A DNA stretch of 61,848 nt, the filler included, from Platydemus manokwari (Eukaryota), in NCBI GenBank assembly GCA_037951405.1. It is 6 parts of 6 records of this genome, joined end to end, with 100 filler letters (N's around TTAATTAATTAA, not from the genome) between each part and the next. Parts side by side here need not be neighbours in the genome. Positions count along the whole stretch, not along the records: positions 41,913 to 52,255 come from JBBMOY011142993.1; positions 52,356 to 61,848 come from JBBMOY011241207.1; 4 more parts are not named here. One strand, 5' to 3'. The notes beneath the pieces were generated by a model. The model searched no databases. It was given only the letters and a program-made list of their open reading frames with translations, and had not been told where the DNA came from. The translations under genes were made by a program, and so were the position numbers. Below are positions 42,186-56,712 of this stretch, one piece after another; the first letter of the stretch is position 1, and every line of letters starts with the position of its first letter.

Positions 42186-45100
42186 AAACTATAAGAAGAG
42201 ATATACATATTCTGGAGCGGGAGTTAGTATAGCTGCTGGAGATGAATTGGTAGAAAATATTAAATCATTGTGCGCCTGTACAAAACGATCGGGAGATATG
42301 TGCGATATTGGATCATTTGGTGCTATCTTTGATCTTAAACAATGTGGCTTTAAAGATCCATTAATGGTATCGGGAACTGACGGTGTTGGCACAAAGTTAA
42401 AAGTAATTGAGAAAAAATTCATTAAATGCTCTCATTATTCAATAAATATTTAAGTTGTAAACTTGTAGAAATATTAATAGATCTTAAATATCATTATTTT
42501 CTAGTCGTAACTTAAATCTAACACATCTAAATACCAATTTTATTATGCGACTTTAAAAAGATTTTGTATCAAATAATAACGAAGAAAGTCATTTTTCAAA
42601 AATTTTCTCAAATATTTTTGTGAAAATAATTATAAAATTCAATTCGCCAATACTTGAGCATCCAGATGCTCTTTTATGTCAACTCATTGAAACAAAGATT
42701 ATTTTTTTAAAAATACTTTAATACTTTTCTCAATTTCATTGGTTAGATGTTATTATTTTCGAGCATTACAATCGGCATCATTAAGACTGGAAGAATTTGG
42801 TACAGAGATACAAATATCATTTATTTACATGGAGTTCAATCCATTTTCTGGTCGTAATTAAAATAGGTTAATCGTTTATACTTTTTGAGTTGGTTTCAAT
42901 TATCTTCCCATATTTAAGTTAATATGATGTTTTAATCAACAGTTTTTGAAATTTTTTCTTTTGAATCATTTTGATTTTCTATCAGAAATGTAGGGGGTCG
43001 GCGAGATTTTTTAAAAGAAAAAATAAAAATAATTTGTAAGATAAAAGTATTATTTTAGTTTCTTAGAATGTGTAAAGTGCTATTTTGTCATAAAGATCGT
43101 AATAAGATAGAGCTCGGTGATGTGATGTAGTCGTTGGGAGTACAAAAGGTTAAAATCATATATTGAAGTGTAAGTATTTATTGAAGTGGTATATTTATGA
43201 CAAATTATTATGACAAGCACATAATATACTAATAATTGTCGTTATATTGAAGGTCAGGATTAAAACTTTTTGAATTAAACTTTCTTGTATTGAAAATTTA
43301 AAAAATCCAAATCATTAATGAAACTTTCAAGCAGTCTTAATTATCGAATGTCGAGGTTGGCCAGATAAATAACGATTTCAAGTTTAATTATTTTATAACG
43401 AGAAAAAAATGTCCATTAAAATTAAACAATCTTTTATACTATAGATCGCTGCTGCCATGAATAAACACGACACAATTGGACAAGACCTGGTGGCAATGTG
43501 TGTTAATGATATCCTTTGTCATGGTGCTGAACCACTTTATTTCTTGGATTACTTTGCTACAGGAAAACTTGATGTGAAATTATCGAGCAATATTTTAAAA
43601 GGAATTGCTAATGCATGCAAAGAATCAGGGTGCTCTTTAATAGGTAAAATATGAAAATGCGTGACTATCCTTATCAATTTATCCACAGGAGGTGAAACTG
43701 CTGAAATGCCCGGAATATACTCAAAGGATGACTATGATTTGGCTGGATTTGCAGTAGGAGCTGTAGAAAGAAGTGATTTATTACCAAAACTGGAAAGAAT
43801 TAAACCTGGAAATAAAATTATCGGTCTGGTATCAAGTGGTTTGCATAGTAATGGATTCAGCTTGGTACGAAAGATTGTGTCATCTTTCCCTTTAAATGAT
43901 GCATGTCCTTTTGGAAGCACTAATGAAACACTTGGTATATTTTGATAAAATAATCCGCACATTTGTTTAATCGATAAATAAAAATTATCCATAGGACAAG
44001 TTATTTTGACCCCAACCACCTTATATGTGAAACCGATTTTAAAATTATTTCGAGAAACGAATTTTAAAGATCATATTCATGGTATGGCTCATATAACTGG
44101 TGGTGGTTTACCGGAAAATTTACCTCGATCTTTACCGGCCAATATGAAAGCATGTATTGATGTCAAACACTGGTCAATTCCGCCATTATTTAAGTGGTTA
44201 TGGAAACTTTCTAGCAGAGATTTGGTTGATTTTTCGAAAACTTTCAATTTGGGAATTGGGATGGCTCTAATAGTTTCTGAAGAAGTGAGTGCAGATATTT
44301 GTCAATATCTCACAACTGTCGGTGGCGTTCAATCGCATATCATTGGTGAAGTAGCAGTATGTAAATACAAAACTGACAACAAGGTCATTCTTGCCAATCT
44401 GGAATCGTCAATTTCTGAATGTGATGATATTCCCGTTAATTTGCAATCCAAAACGAAGACTCGGGTTGGTGTATTGATTTCCGGAACAGGGACAAATCTT
44501 GAAGCTTTGCTCAAATATTCTCGTGAATCCGTCGAATGCGCATATGAAATCGTCTTAGTTGTATCGAATATTGATAACGTTAAGGGTCTCGATGTTGCCA
44601 AAATGTATGGAGTTCCCACTGAGGTAATTTCGAATTGTGATTTTATATTTTTATGAAATATTTTTGTTCCTATTATCAAAAACAAAGAAAGAATAATAAA
44701 ATAAATATTTTTCTTCTTTTGTTTTAAATCAAGCAGCGATTTTTGTGGAATTTAAACAATTATGAACGCCAATGGTGGCTTTTGTTTTGACTTGATTATC
44801 TCTCTCAATGAATTTGTAAACATTTTCCGATATTGTTTTTGTTTTTCATTTTATCAGACCGAATTTTTCAACGCTCACAAAAATAAAAAATTAAATCACT
44901 AAAATCACTATTAATTTCACACAAAAGACCCCGGCTTAATGGTTTCTGGGAAGACGTTATTCAGCATTCATATCATTTATCTAGATCTGTGTTTCATTTT
45001 GGTAGAGATGTGTGTAAGTTTTCTGGGAATTTTAAGTGAATTACTTCTTTATTAGAATGAATTAACTAATTTCCGTGCCTATCCCATTAATGTACCTTTC

Positions 45101-48029
45101 CATTATTTATTGCGATATCATTATTTTTTATTATTATTATTTTTACTTAAAAATTGAGCAATATGAGGAGATTATAAATGGAAATTTATTTCATTATTGA
45201 TGTTTCCTAATCTTTTGTATTACTCTCAGTTCTTCTTATAACATTTGGGTTTGGTCGATATTGTAAAGGACATTATTTGATTATTAATGGATAATTTCTA
45301 AGAAAAATAAATAATTATTGAACCTTACTTCATAATGGGGCATTTTATCTAAATTTTTACTGTTAGATTAAGCCCAAAATTGGGAGTGATACAGTCTCAT
45401 CTTTTAATAAATTCCACAATATTCAACAAAATTAATGTAAAAATGTCAATATCACATCAACACATGTTGAATATCTCTGTTTGTTCTCAATTGATTTAAT
45501 TTTATATTGAATATAAATCTGAAGAAACAAGTTTCTCTGAATAATATGTGGATTAATGAAATGCATTATCTGACAGCCATTACTCACTATTTTTGTCGCA
45601 TTTTATTTGTTATACCAGAAAGTTTTCAGTTCCGAGCGTTGATTATAATATTACTGCATGACTCCACATCTAATTATGATTACCCATCAAGAAACAGAAA
45701 TTGTATAGGTTGTGTTTGTGATATATTTGTAACAATGTACACCAGGTTGAATTCCCAATAAAGTTATCACCATTAAATGTTTGGGAAAATAAGGCTATGG
45801 CCCATATACAAGTTTGAACTACCAGCACAGAATCTGTTTCTGAGTGTTACAACAATCCTCCCTAACCTACACGGTCAATAATTTATTGCCACAAAGCTAC
45901 AATTAAATATACAATGCTACAATTGTAAGCTTATAATCAACATTATTGGATATTTTCTGCAATATATCTGCTGAAATGGCAAAATGCACTGTTTTAACGC
46001 GAGACTTCATCCATTTGTGTTCCTGTTGAATGTTTTATCAATAAAAACTCAGAATATCTAACCCCAGACACTTGTTGCCATAGATATAGTTTATAAAGAA
46101 TTGTAAAATCTGTTTAATAACTTATTTTCTAAACATTGTTAGAAAATATTCAATACAACATTTTTGCATTATTTTTCTGCTTATTAATTATTTATTTGTT
46201 AATTTGTTTTTGAATTTAGGAGTATGTTTTCATTTTAATATTCATATTGGTAATTTCTATTGCATTATAATATTGCATTATTGCTTATCATCTGGCTGAC
46301 GAGGCTATTATTTTATTTTTAATACCCATTTTTAATACAATTATTGGGCTTATTCATTAATTACGTATTAATATTTCTTTATATGCTGACTTAAAATATA
46401 ACGCCTATAATGTGCATTGATTTGTGGTCTTTTGTTTGATTTTGTTCCACTGATACCCACTTTTTCAAACCACCAAAGCTAGACAAAAATTGTGTCTATC
46501 GATGGGCTGGCTATTTTATATATTAAATATAACTTGAGCGTATTGAATGAAAATGATATATTTCCATGGCTAAATGGTATATATGCTGATAAGAATTAAT
46601 ATTTATGAGCAAATATGATGCCATAGAAATAAAACAGATATAATTCATTTGCAAAACGATCAAAGTACGTTATGTTTTTATTATCCTATTTTCAATTAGG
46701 AAAAATTTGGTTTTATTAATGTGTTTTCCTGTGCCAGTGTATCGGTTATTCATATATGTATAAAAATAATTATGATGGTTTTTAAAAATAACGTGAAGAA
46801 GCTAATGATTCAATTTTTTAACTTCGTACTCTGTGTTGAAAAGCTCATGATATTCTACTATTTATAATTTGTAAAAATATTGAATCGAAAAGTGGAATCT
46901 CACGTTTAAGCGAGTGTTTGTTTGAAAGCACTCCAATCATACATTTAATATAAAGTAAATCATATCATGTATTGTTATTTGATAAATAATGTTTAATTTA
47001 TATCGTTTTTATCATTTTTGGATTTGCTATTGAACTTTTATTTTTTATCTTGGAATTATCTTGTTGAATGCATTTGACGCTTCTGAAAATAAGGTCGCGA
47101 AGTATTATTCATATAATTTGATTATAAATCATCGGAATATTGATCCAGACATAATTTGTAAACAATATTAATGCGGCACTATTCTGATTTATTAATTGTT
47201 TCCGCCATCCAATATTTGATGTATTGGAATCTCGTTGGGTTATCTAGTTTTTCAAACAATAAAGATCTCTTCATTCTTTCTATCATGACATTGCTGATAT
47301 TGGACCCTTTATATGTAATAGCAAGAAATTATTTTATTAGATGGTTTGTTCAAATAATGAAGGTCTTGTCCATCTCATTGCATGTTATCAAAAATTCTCA
47401 ATTTCTTGTTATTATTTTATTTGATATTGATTAATCGTTCTTTTCTCTTTCATTTCTTAAATTTGCGTATATCATTTAACATTTCATTTAATCAATACTT
47501 CTTCAAATCACTTCATAAATTTAGGTCATTTCTCACAAGAAATACGCTAATCGTGATGAATTTGACAATGAAGTGGATCGTGTGTTGTCTAGTGACGTTT
47601 ATAATTGTCAATTAATCTGTTTGGCCGGATTTATGAGGATACTTGGGAAAAATTTTACGGAAAAATGGTATAGCAAAATAATCAATATTCACCCAAGTTT
47701 GCTACCAAGTTTCAGAGGTGCCAATGCTCATCGTGAAGTTATTAAAAGTGGAGTGAGAGTATCTGGAGCTACAGTGCATTTTGTCATTGTAAGCTATTCC
47801 GAATTAAACAATCGAAATTAATCTGTTATGAAATCAGGAAAATGTCGACGCTGGTGGAATTATTTTGCAATCTGTGACAAACGTTCATTTGGATGACACC
47901 GAACATTCGCTTTCAGAAAGAATTAAGGTGGAAATCGAGCATAAGATTTATCCCGAAGCTCTTCATCATGTAGCAAATGGAGATTGTTTTCTTGATCCAC
48001 AAAATAAAGTCCAGTGGAGGCACAAATAA
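42186..48029 (+). CDS. GART: Trifunctional purine biosynthesis protein GARS-AIRS-GART: AIRS and GART domains (exons 42186-42402, 43445-43643, 43689-43934, 43995-44623, 47525-47788, 47838-48029)
   Basis: [125 protein letters not shown] junctions keep the frame. Confidence 0.95.
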
Positions 48030-49809
48030 AAATTTTTAAATCACAATTTGCATTAGGTTTCAAATAAAATTTGTATTGATTTTTAAAAATTTGTCTCACG
48101 TCTTAATTTCAAGCAAATTTTGTAATTAATCTTAAAATTTATAATTCTCTAATACGTAATTGATTTTAGGTTTTTTGACGACATAATATCAGAGATATTT
48201 CGAACTTTTTCAAACAATTGTTAAAGATATTTTTGTTATTTTATAGTTCAGAATAAGACTCGACCAAATTTGATTGAGATAAGTAAGAACGACAAAAAAT
48301 TAAATTTTGAAACCACTCCGACTTAACATTAAAATGTTTATATATTTCATTAAATTTTAAACCAAGGACACTACAATAGCAGACTGGATATACCAAATTT
48401 GGAAAAATTGAAACCTTCATTTTAACATATTTAATTTAATGATTGATACTTGGAATTTTAATTTTATTTAATTGTGTCATGAGTTCTCAGTTGGAATCGT
48501 TATTTTTAAAAATTGCGTTTTCAACTTCCAAGGCACTGCTTATCACGATGAGAAATCATTTGACGAATTGAGATTTGGGTAAATTCATGTATATTTGAAA
48601 CGAAAGAAATCTTTAAAAGCAAAATTGTTTTTTCTTTGATACCCATCACATTTATCTTTAATGCATAACACAAATAGAGAAATGGATGCGAAAACATCTG
48701 ATGTTTAAAGTGAAACATGTAGAATTTTTGATTTCATTATGAATATTTTAAAAAGCATATTTTATAATATAGGAGCTGGGTATAAGGTATAAAAGCAATG
48801 AGATTCATTTTGGAAATGGACTTCGATTTAAAAATATATAAAGTTTTTCATTATCAACAATAACAATAAATGACTAAATCTTATTGACTATTCAACATAA
48901 TAATTGAAAGTGCACTTCGAAACGCATGATTGCATTTATAAGTTCAATTCAATGTATTATTTTAGTTCAATATATTAGTTATCAACACAACCCTCTCCCA
49001 TCTATCATTCAAGAATATCCCTATTATTGGTTAACTTCCAAGGATAATATAAAACAAATAAACAGTTAAAATAATTATTAAAATAGTTTTTGGATTTAAA
49101 TTTAATTCTTACTGGCTGTAGGGAACTTCAGTAGTTTATTATCTAAAGGTATAATAGTATAATATAAATTATAATAATATAATAATTATTTTATAATATA
49201 TAATATTGTAATAGTATAATATAAAGGTATAATAAATTGCATGGTTTATGCTTAACTGATTTGTCTAAATTAATAGTGACGTTAATTGACGTTAATTTAA
49301 ATATAATGCAATGACAGTCAATTACGAAAAGATGTATGATAGGAAATTTAAAATTGCTTATGACTTGACTTTCAGCGCAAAGGTAAAATTAACAAGCTCC
49401 AATCTAATCTCAATGAAATCTATTCGATTCGAATAATGTTTTTTTTTTAACATTGATCACTGTCAAAGTTTTTTGTAGTGTTAACTATTCCTTTTCATAT
49501 ACTTTCACACAGCTTGAATTGTGTTTAATTTTATTCTAATTTCTATATATTCTGCTTGTAAATGTTAGCTTTATTATTTTTTATTTTATCTTAGATGTCA
49601 TTTAATATTTTATTACTCTACTTTGTAAATATGAACTTCTTAATTTTTTACTATTATTATATTTTGTCATTGCGAGTTTATATTATTATTTTATATTTGC
49701 GCATTATTAACCATTCTATTAGACTCATTCATATAAATACAACAAAATATTAAGCAGAATATAACTACAACAATTTTTTTCATTTACAAAAACAAATATC
49801 CCAATTACC

Positions 49810-49930
49810 CAGAGGTGGCCAACTTTTGTGTACGTGAGATCGACTTTTCATTTGAATAACATGTCACGTGACCGACTAAAATTGGTTTCAAGATCGACCA
49901 GTCGATCGCGATCGACCGGCTGGCCACCAC
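49810..49930. mobile_element. Small hAT-type MITE
   Basis: CAGAGGTGGCCAAC...GGCTGGCCACCAC termini with repeated GATCGAC subterminal motifs. Confidence 0.65.
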
Positions 49931-50107
49931 ACCAATTACCTACTTGAGTTTATCATAAATAATGATATCGATTGTTTATTGATTATAATGATACTTGTTT
50001 TTTAATCAAGTGGCGGCTACAAACCTAGTTCTAACAAATTTTAGAATAAACTGAAACCAAGCACTAAAGCACGCATTTACTCGTTATCGTGGTAACTTGA
50101 TAAAACG

Positions 50108-50667
50108 GCTTAAGTTAAGTCCTTTGACCTACTGTCGTTATAATGAATTTTCGCACATGAGATAATTTTATCTATAAATGCTATGTTTGATTTATTCGTA
50201 TCATTCAGTTAATATCTCATTTTTTAAAGGTATATAATAGTGACAAAAACAAGTTTCGATTCTAATCACAACTCTTCTATATGATTATTTAAGCTTTTAA
50301 ATTTAAATTTTTATAATTATAAATCGAGTTGGTCAATTACAGACATGTTTAATAATATCATTGGTTATTTTTATAAAATGATTGTAAACATTGAGAATAT
50401 CTCTCAATTTGCTTCTAATGTTAAAAGAATGGGTCCTCGCTACTTTTCAATAAATTGCAATTCGTCCTACTTTCATTTTTTCGAATAATCAAATATTAGG
50501 AGATTATTAAGCTCAAGTTAATTTAATATTTGATTTCAAACAACTAAAATTCTAATTAAGTACTTAAACAATTCAAAATATTTTTAATAAAATAAACTAT
50601 ATAGAATTTTGCAATACACTCAATAAATTTAAAATTTCATTTTAGAACGACTTTTTAAACTTTAGCT
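50108..50667. mobile_element. MITE family A copy between the GART and HSD17B10 3' ends
   Basis: GGCTTAAGTTAAG...TTTTTAAACTTTAGC; colinear with 24409-24960. Confidence 0.75.
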
Positions 50668-50820
50668 TTTTTATTTTTTGTAAAAAATGAAAATTTAAAA
50701 ATCAAAGAATTGCGATAAGAATTTATTGATTTAATATTAAAAGGAGCACAAATATTTTAGTCAAGCCTTCTGACCAATTATGATAAAATCGATAAAAAAC
50801 AATGATGTGAATATAAAAAA

Positions 50821-51831
50821 CTATGGAAGCATTCTCAATGCTCCGTCCAGTCGAATAACTTCTCCATTAATCATAGGGTTCTCGATAATTGATTGGACCA
50901 TGTGTGCGTATTCATCAGAATGTCCCAATCGTCTTGGAAACGGTACAGTGCTAGCCAAATTGCTTTGAACACTCGGTGGTAAATTTTGCAAAAGTGGTGT
51001 CAGAAATAGCCCTGGACAGAATATAAAAAAGATCGAAAATATTGAATCCATCTCACCGGGAGCTATTGTGACTACTCGGACACCCATCAAAGCAAGATCT
51101 CTGGCTAATGGTAAAGTCATGCCTACAATTGCACCTTTGCTAGCTGAATAAGCTGCTTGACCGCATTGTCCTTCATATGCTGCAATGCTAGCCGTGTTTA
51201 TCACAACACCTCTTTGATCATTTTCATTCGGCTGATTTTTATTAAACAATAGACAACCCATCCGTATCATATTAAAAGTCCCAACGGTATTAACCTGTTG
51301 AACTATTGTTATTTTGAATTCTTAAAAACTTGAGTACTTTTAAAACACGTTCGAATTCATGTAGAGGATGAGGAAGCTGTTTCTTCATGTTGAAGACTTT
51401 TATGGCAATACCAATACCAGCACAATTAACTAAAATATCGAGTTTCTTGGCTTTATTTTCAATCATTTCCATTGCTTTGGTCACATCTTGTTCATTAGAC
51501 ACCTTGACAGGTAAGTTTATGAAGTGATGTAATATTATAAAAATTTACGTCAGTTTTTACAAAATAGCTATTAGAAGGTAATTCATTTGGTTCGTTTAAA
51601 TCACAAATGGCAACATTACAACCTAATTTACATAATCTATTTCAGTATAGAACAAAAGGTAAACATAAATTATCTTTAACCTTTCAACAGTAGCATATCC
51701 TAATCCTGATGAGCCACCTGAAACTGCTGCTGATAAACCCTATAAAAAGGAAAAATATTATATTGAAATATATTATATTGAAACGAATCATTTATTACTT
51801 TTAAAGATGATAAAACCAATGACTTGGCCAT
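50821..51831 (-). CDS. HSD17B10: 3-hydroxyacyl-CoA dehydrogenase type 2 (17-beta-HSD10/scully), complete; exons ~51831-51799, 51739-51681, 51636-51549, 51502-51338, 51293-51057, 51011-50821
   Basis: [97 protein letters not shown]. Confidence 0.95.
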
Positions 51832-52255
51832 GTGAATTTTCAAAATTGCTAATTTCTACAGAGGTTAAAACAAATAAGTATCAAAATCGGTTAATCTCAA
51901 TATTTTTTTTCAAATCGAATTTCTTTGCAATCTAATTTTAGTTTATTGAGGAAAGGTATTTTGATCTTTGAGCTTTGTAACAAATATTTATTTCAATTTT
52001 AATACCAAAAATATTTTTAGTCTCAGCATTCTAAATAATTATTATGAAATAATATATAAAATTTTGCTTAAATATAAAGATGAAATGGATACGTTACTAA
52101 AATAATAGTAAAAATAATCTGTCAAAGTTCTTGAAATATCTTTTAAAAAAACTTTTAAACTTAGCTTTGACATTTGATTTGCAATATAATTTATTTATCG
52201 TAAATTTTTATGAGTGATTAAAAGTTACTGCATGAAAATTAAATAGGTATCCTGA

Positions 52256-52355
52256 NNNNNNNNNNNNNNNNNNNNNNNNNNNNNNNNNNNNNNNNNNNNT
52301 TAATTAATTAANNNNNNNNNNNNNNNNNNNNNNNNNNNNNNNNNNNNNNNNNNNN
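52256..52355. other. Artificial contig linker
   Basis: N44-TTAATTAATTAA-N44. Confidence 0.97.
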
Positions 52356-52913
52356 TAAAAATGAAATTTAAATTAAATTAAGATTTCAAATCCAAATTAA
52401 TGAATTTTTACAAAAAACACTAAACGAAAGGATTGATAACTTATAAATAAATAAATAAATAAATAAATAATAAAATAATTAAAATAAATTTAAAACAAAA
52501 CGAAATCTAAATCAAATAATTATTACAAAAAGATTTTAAATTAAATCAAAGTTTTTTAACTCAACAAATACTTTTTTGTTTTAACAAATTAATTCAATGG
52601 CACAGAAAAAGTATAAAAATCTAAAAATAATAAAATAACAATTATTCTATGCTATTATTATATAAGGCAAGCAATTATAACGAATTGAAAAGTCATAACG
52701 CACAAAATAAATTTCACCAAATTAATTATTATATTTTTATCATTAATTCTTAATTTGAAACCTTTTAATATTATTTCATTTTCAAATCCTCTCAGTCATT
52801 ACTATAAATTCTTATTCTAAATTAGTAACAAACATTTTCGAAAAATACGATTTTATCAAAATTATCAAATAAATTACTAAAAATAAACATCATGAAAACT
52901 ATCGAGATATTAA

Positions 52914-53970
52914 TTATTCTATTACAACAATTTTTGATAGTTTCAACCTTAACATTTCCCAAGTTACTAAACGTATAATAATAGCTTGGCGTAAATTAGT
53001 TTTTTGAGAGAAAATTCGATGATTCGAAATCTTTAGGAAAAAATTCATGGGTGAATTTACAAAATAAGTTTTGAAAGTTTTTATGAATTCCATAATGATA
53101 GGTTGAATAAGTGAATTTGAGATTTTAGGTAAAAATAATAACTTGATGGTTGAACAGTTAAATGATTTATGGCACGCATTTTTTGTTGAAAAATATAAAA
53201 CTGTGAAATCTTTAAAATTAAAGTTTCTCATACATCGGGGATTTTTATGTTTTCCAATAATAAGTAGTTCTAGCTTTTCGCCTTAAAATTAAGTCATGTT
53301 TTCTTTGATTTATTTTAACTCACAACAAAAGATTTAGGTGGATGGCTTTTTTACAAATAATACCGTTTCATCACAATTACATTATCTGAAGATTTGGTTT
53401 CACCACAGATGTTTTTGAACAAAACCTTATGTCTTGATTTAAATCAATCTAACCAACCGTTAGACTCACAAAATCTTTAATAGACATTTTTGAAGTACTT
53501 TTTCCAATCATTTTGAGTACTGTCCCGTTCTCTTAATTTTAAAAAAGTTTCGAATATCATTTTAATTAAAGCACTGAAATTGTTTGATAAATTATAATTT
53601 ACCTTACATTCTTCTTCAGAAATATTATTTATTCTGTTGTTTTCTAAAACTGGAACAATATTTTTTCGAATTCTTGAAATAGTTCCTTCTCTAGTTTGAT
53701 AATTATACAAAATTTCTTCTCTGACATCTCTTCTTTGAGAGTGAGTTTCTTCATCATTATAAAAAAATTCAAAAATACAGTATTTTAAACGAATATAAAT
53801 TCAATGAAAATCACTAAAAGAATAATTATAATTTCTTTAAATAAATACCCTGAACAGTTAAGTTCTTTAAAACAATGACATAGAATAGGAAAATCGACTT
53901 TTCAAATTTTACCTCGAAAACCGAGGGTGCCCAATATCCTGGATCTGTCCGAAATCGGGGACCGACAGTA
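52914..53970 (-). mobile_element. Decayed pogo/Tigger (CENP-B/DDE_1) DNA transposon
   Basis: FVESNGWLD*FKSRH (CENP-B HTH), NCDET-like motif near 53370, and NACH..IKLLFLPKISNSLIQP..IKTFKTYF (DDE_1), with stops and frameshifts. TIR-like TA-CTGTCGGTCCCCG at ~53970. Confidence 0.8.
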
Positions 53971-56406
53971 CAAAAGTTAATGCTTTTATAAATTAATTGT
54001 AATTAAATATATGAATAATGATAAATAAAAATCTTAATAGTCAATCAATAGCTATTTAAATCTTAGTCAATATTAATTTTCAAATATATATAAATATTAT
54101 ATAAATTTGGTAAAACGAAAATAAACATAAATAATGAAAGATGGGAGAATTATAAAATATTAGATAATCATTAACATTTATCTAGACGGCATTTTATAGA
54201 TATGAAATTAAAGATTGAGAATTATAAGATTATGTCTATAATATTTATTAAAAGAAATGAAAAATGATAGAGAAATGCCTAATGATGGATTAATCTATTA
54301 AATAACGGGAAATATGTTCTGTAAAACATCAGTTTTCGACACTTGCAATCGGCATAAAATGAGTGGTGATTATGTAAATTATTCATTCAAACGCGAGACA
54401 GCTCTCTGGAGTTTGGCTCGCATTCTCTTCTAATAAACAATTATCAAATTCAAATAATGTTCTATAAATGGAAGTCAAGTCTTCTATTAAATTAAATATT
54501 GTTCAAAAATCGAAAAGTTGTATTAGTTTCATATGATGTTATATTGTCGAATGATTCAAAGAAAAACAGAAAGAGAAAATAAATTACTTGATTCCTAATA
54601 TTGTTTGAAAAAATAAGTATATATATAGAGGGGGCAGGTACAATGGTAACGATTTTTATGTTGTATTGTGTTGTGTTGATGTTGTATTGTGCTGTATTGA
54701 AACAATTAGGTTGTTTCTGTCTCAAATCCTTTAAATTAACGTTTAAATTTTTTGTGTATATTGTACTGAAATTTTGTTTCACATTTTCATTTAATAAATA
54801 ATAATTATAATTTAACTAATGTTTTATAAATAAATATGTTAATCTAAAGAAATTGTTCTATTCTCCAATTTATTCAAGATAAAAAATAAAAAATCATTGA
54901 AATTTTATAATTAATTACAAATTATTTAATTTAATTTTACTTAAACTAATCAAACTCAATTGTTAAAATATTATTAAATATAAAATCAAAGTTATTATTA
55001 TTAATTTTCACCACATTTATTAGAATTTCAGTTGATCAGTGAGAATTCCTGAAAAACAAGACGCTTATTCAATAATTATTGTTTCAAATAATTTATTAAA
55101 ATAAATTAAATTTAACATGTATTTTCTTGTTTAAACTTTTAATAAAATTGGGAACATCAATCTCTTACATTATAATAAATAATTTTCAAAACTAATTCTT
55201 GATAAACTCATATCTGCAAGATAAAATTAAGGCGTCTCACAATTGCCGTGAAATCATTGACAAGTATTTTTACTGTCATATCTTGAATTATTGGTCAACG
55301 AGCTGAAGATTTTTAGAAAATCGTACGCAAATTGTTCACGATTTGTCATATCTGCAAATGTGCCATTGAGATGATTCTAAAGTTACACAATTGTCTGATT
55401 GACAAACTAAGGGAAGACTCGATGACATGGATGTGAACCACTGTTTTCTCATAATTTTCTCTTCTTACAATTTGAGAATTACAGAAATCATTTATACTCT
55501 CTCAGTTGGCATTCTATTACTCGCGTTTTATGATTCACCTCAATTGTTCGAGTTTTATACCTTTGAGAAGGTGAACAATCAGGTTAGAATAACTCAAATT
55601 ATGTGAAATACAATGTCATGTCAAGTTGAATTAATCATTGATCTCTGATACATCATGATTTTTAAATAACGCCATAACCATATGTTGCCGATGTGTCAAC
55701 AAAGATTTAATTATAGAAATTCACAAGAAAATAAATCCTAAATTTTAGTTTATTTTTTATGTATTTATATTTATCACAATATTTGTAAATCATCATAATT
55801 AATTGTAATAATAAGTATTCAAGTATATTTGATTTNNNNNNNNNNNNNNNNNNNNNNNNNNNNNNNNNNNNNNNNNNNNNNNNNNNNNNNNNNNNNNNNN
55901 NNNNNNNNNNNNNNNNNNNNNNNNNNNNNNNNNNNATGTATTTATATTTATCACAATATTTGTAAATCATCATAATTAATTGTAATAATAAGTATTCAAG
56001 TATATTTGATTTCAATTCCATTTTGAATCTAATATAAAAATTGGCATTTATTTCTTTATTTAACATTGTATTTAGAATAACACTTATTCGAGCGTTCACA
56101 ATCGTGTTTAACAATTATAATTACCAACTATAATTTGGATCACAAATAAATTGAACAGGTCGTTAAGAAAATTCCAATAAAAACTCAAATTGGAATTGAA
56201 ATATAATTTATTCAAAACTAAAAAGAAAAATTCGTTTTTAACTTAAATAATAGTTATAATGTACAAGAATTTATTGTTTTCGTTATTTCATTTATCAAAA
56301 ATAGTTCGTTTAATAAAGAACTAGTGGATTAATTTAATTATTAATTACATAAATATCAAAATTTTATGATGAAAAATGAAAAATATTTTATTATTTATTT
56401 TTATTA

Positions 56407-56712
56407 TCATGGTTTCTGTAATTCATTAATCTTCATAGAAGCGACATTCCAGTTTTCATTTTCTGTTATATTAGAAGCACCTAAATCGTGAAAGATATCA
56501 TTCAAACTGTCTCCTGGACTGTACCATAGAATAGCAACAACATCATCAATGTAAATTGTTTTAATTGCTTTCATTATGTATTCGGTAGTTAATTTGTGAT
56601 AATCACCAACAAAATCAGTAAATTTTATGATCAATCCATGCCATGAATTGAAGCAAATTTGTAAAACAAAAGAACACAGCCATTCACTGTGAGGATTTGA
56701 GCAAGACACTAG
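56407..56712 (-). CDS. In-frame extension after UGA-CUAG: second, degenerate SSAT-like domain (101 aa), candidate readthrough product of 290 aa total
   Basis: ..ATC AGC TGA CTA GTG TCT.. continues in frame: FNSWHGLIIKFTDF (compare SSAT YDPWIGKLLYLEDF) and FHDLGASNITENENWNV (compare FYKRRGASDLSSEEGWRL). Ends TGA TAA TAA followed by AATAAA. Confidence 0.7.
   Translation of the reverse strand, partial: LVSCSNPHSEWLCSFVLQICFNSWHGLIIKFTDFVGDYHKLTTEYIMKAIKTIYIDDVVAILWYSPGDSLNDIFHDLGASNITENENWNVASMKINELQKP

Noticed and set aside
430-48029. Purine-metabolism gene cluster (AMPD + GART)
   Set aside because: The genes lie on different contigs separated by four artificial linkers.
32380-50968. Antisense or alternate-frame ORFs overlapping hsp70, TCP11L, GART and HSD17B10
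   Set aside because: Shadow ORFs of real exons, with no recognisable motifs.
55759-56012. ~77-nt direct repeat flanking an N gap (ORF 55707-56114)
   Set aside because: Typical unmerged contig overlap across a scaffold gap.
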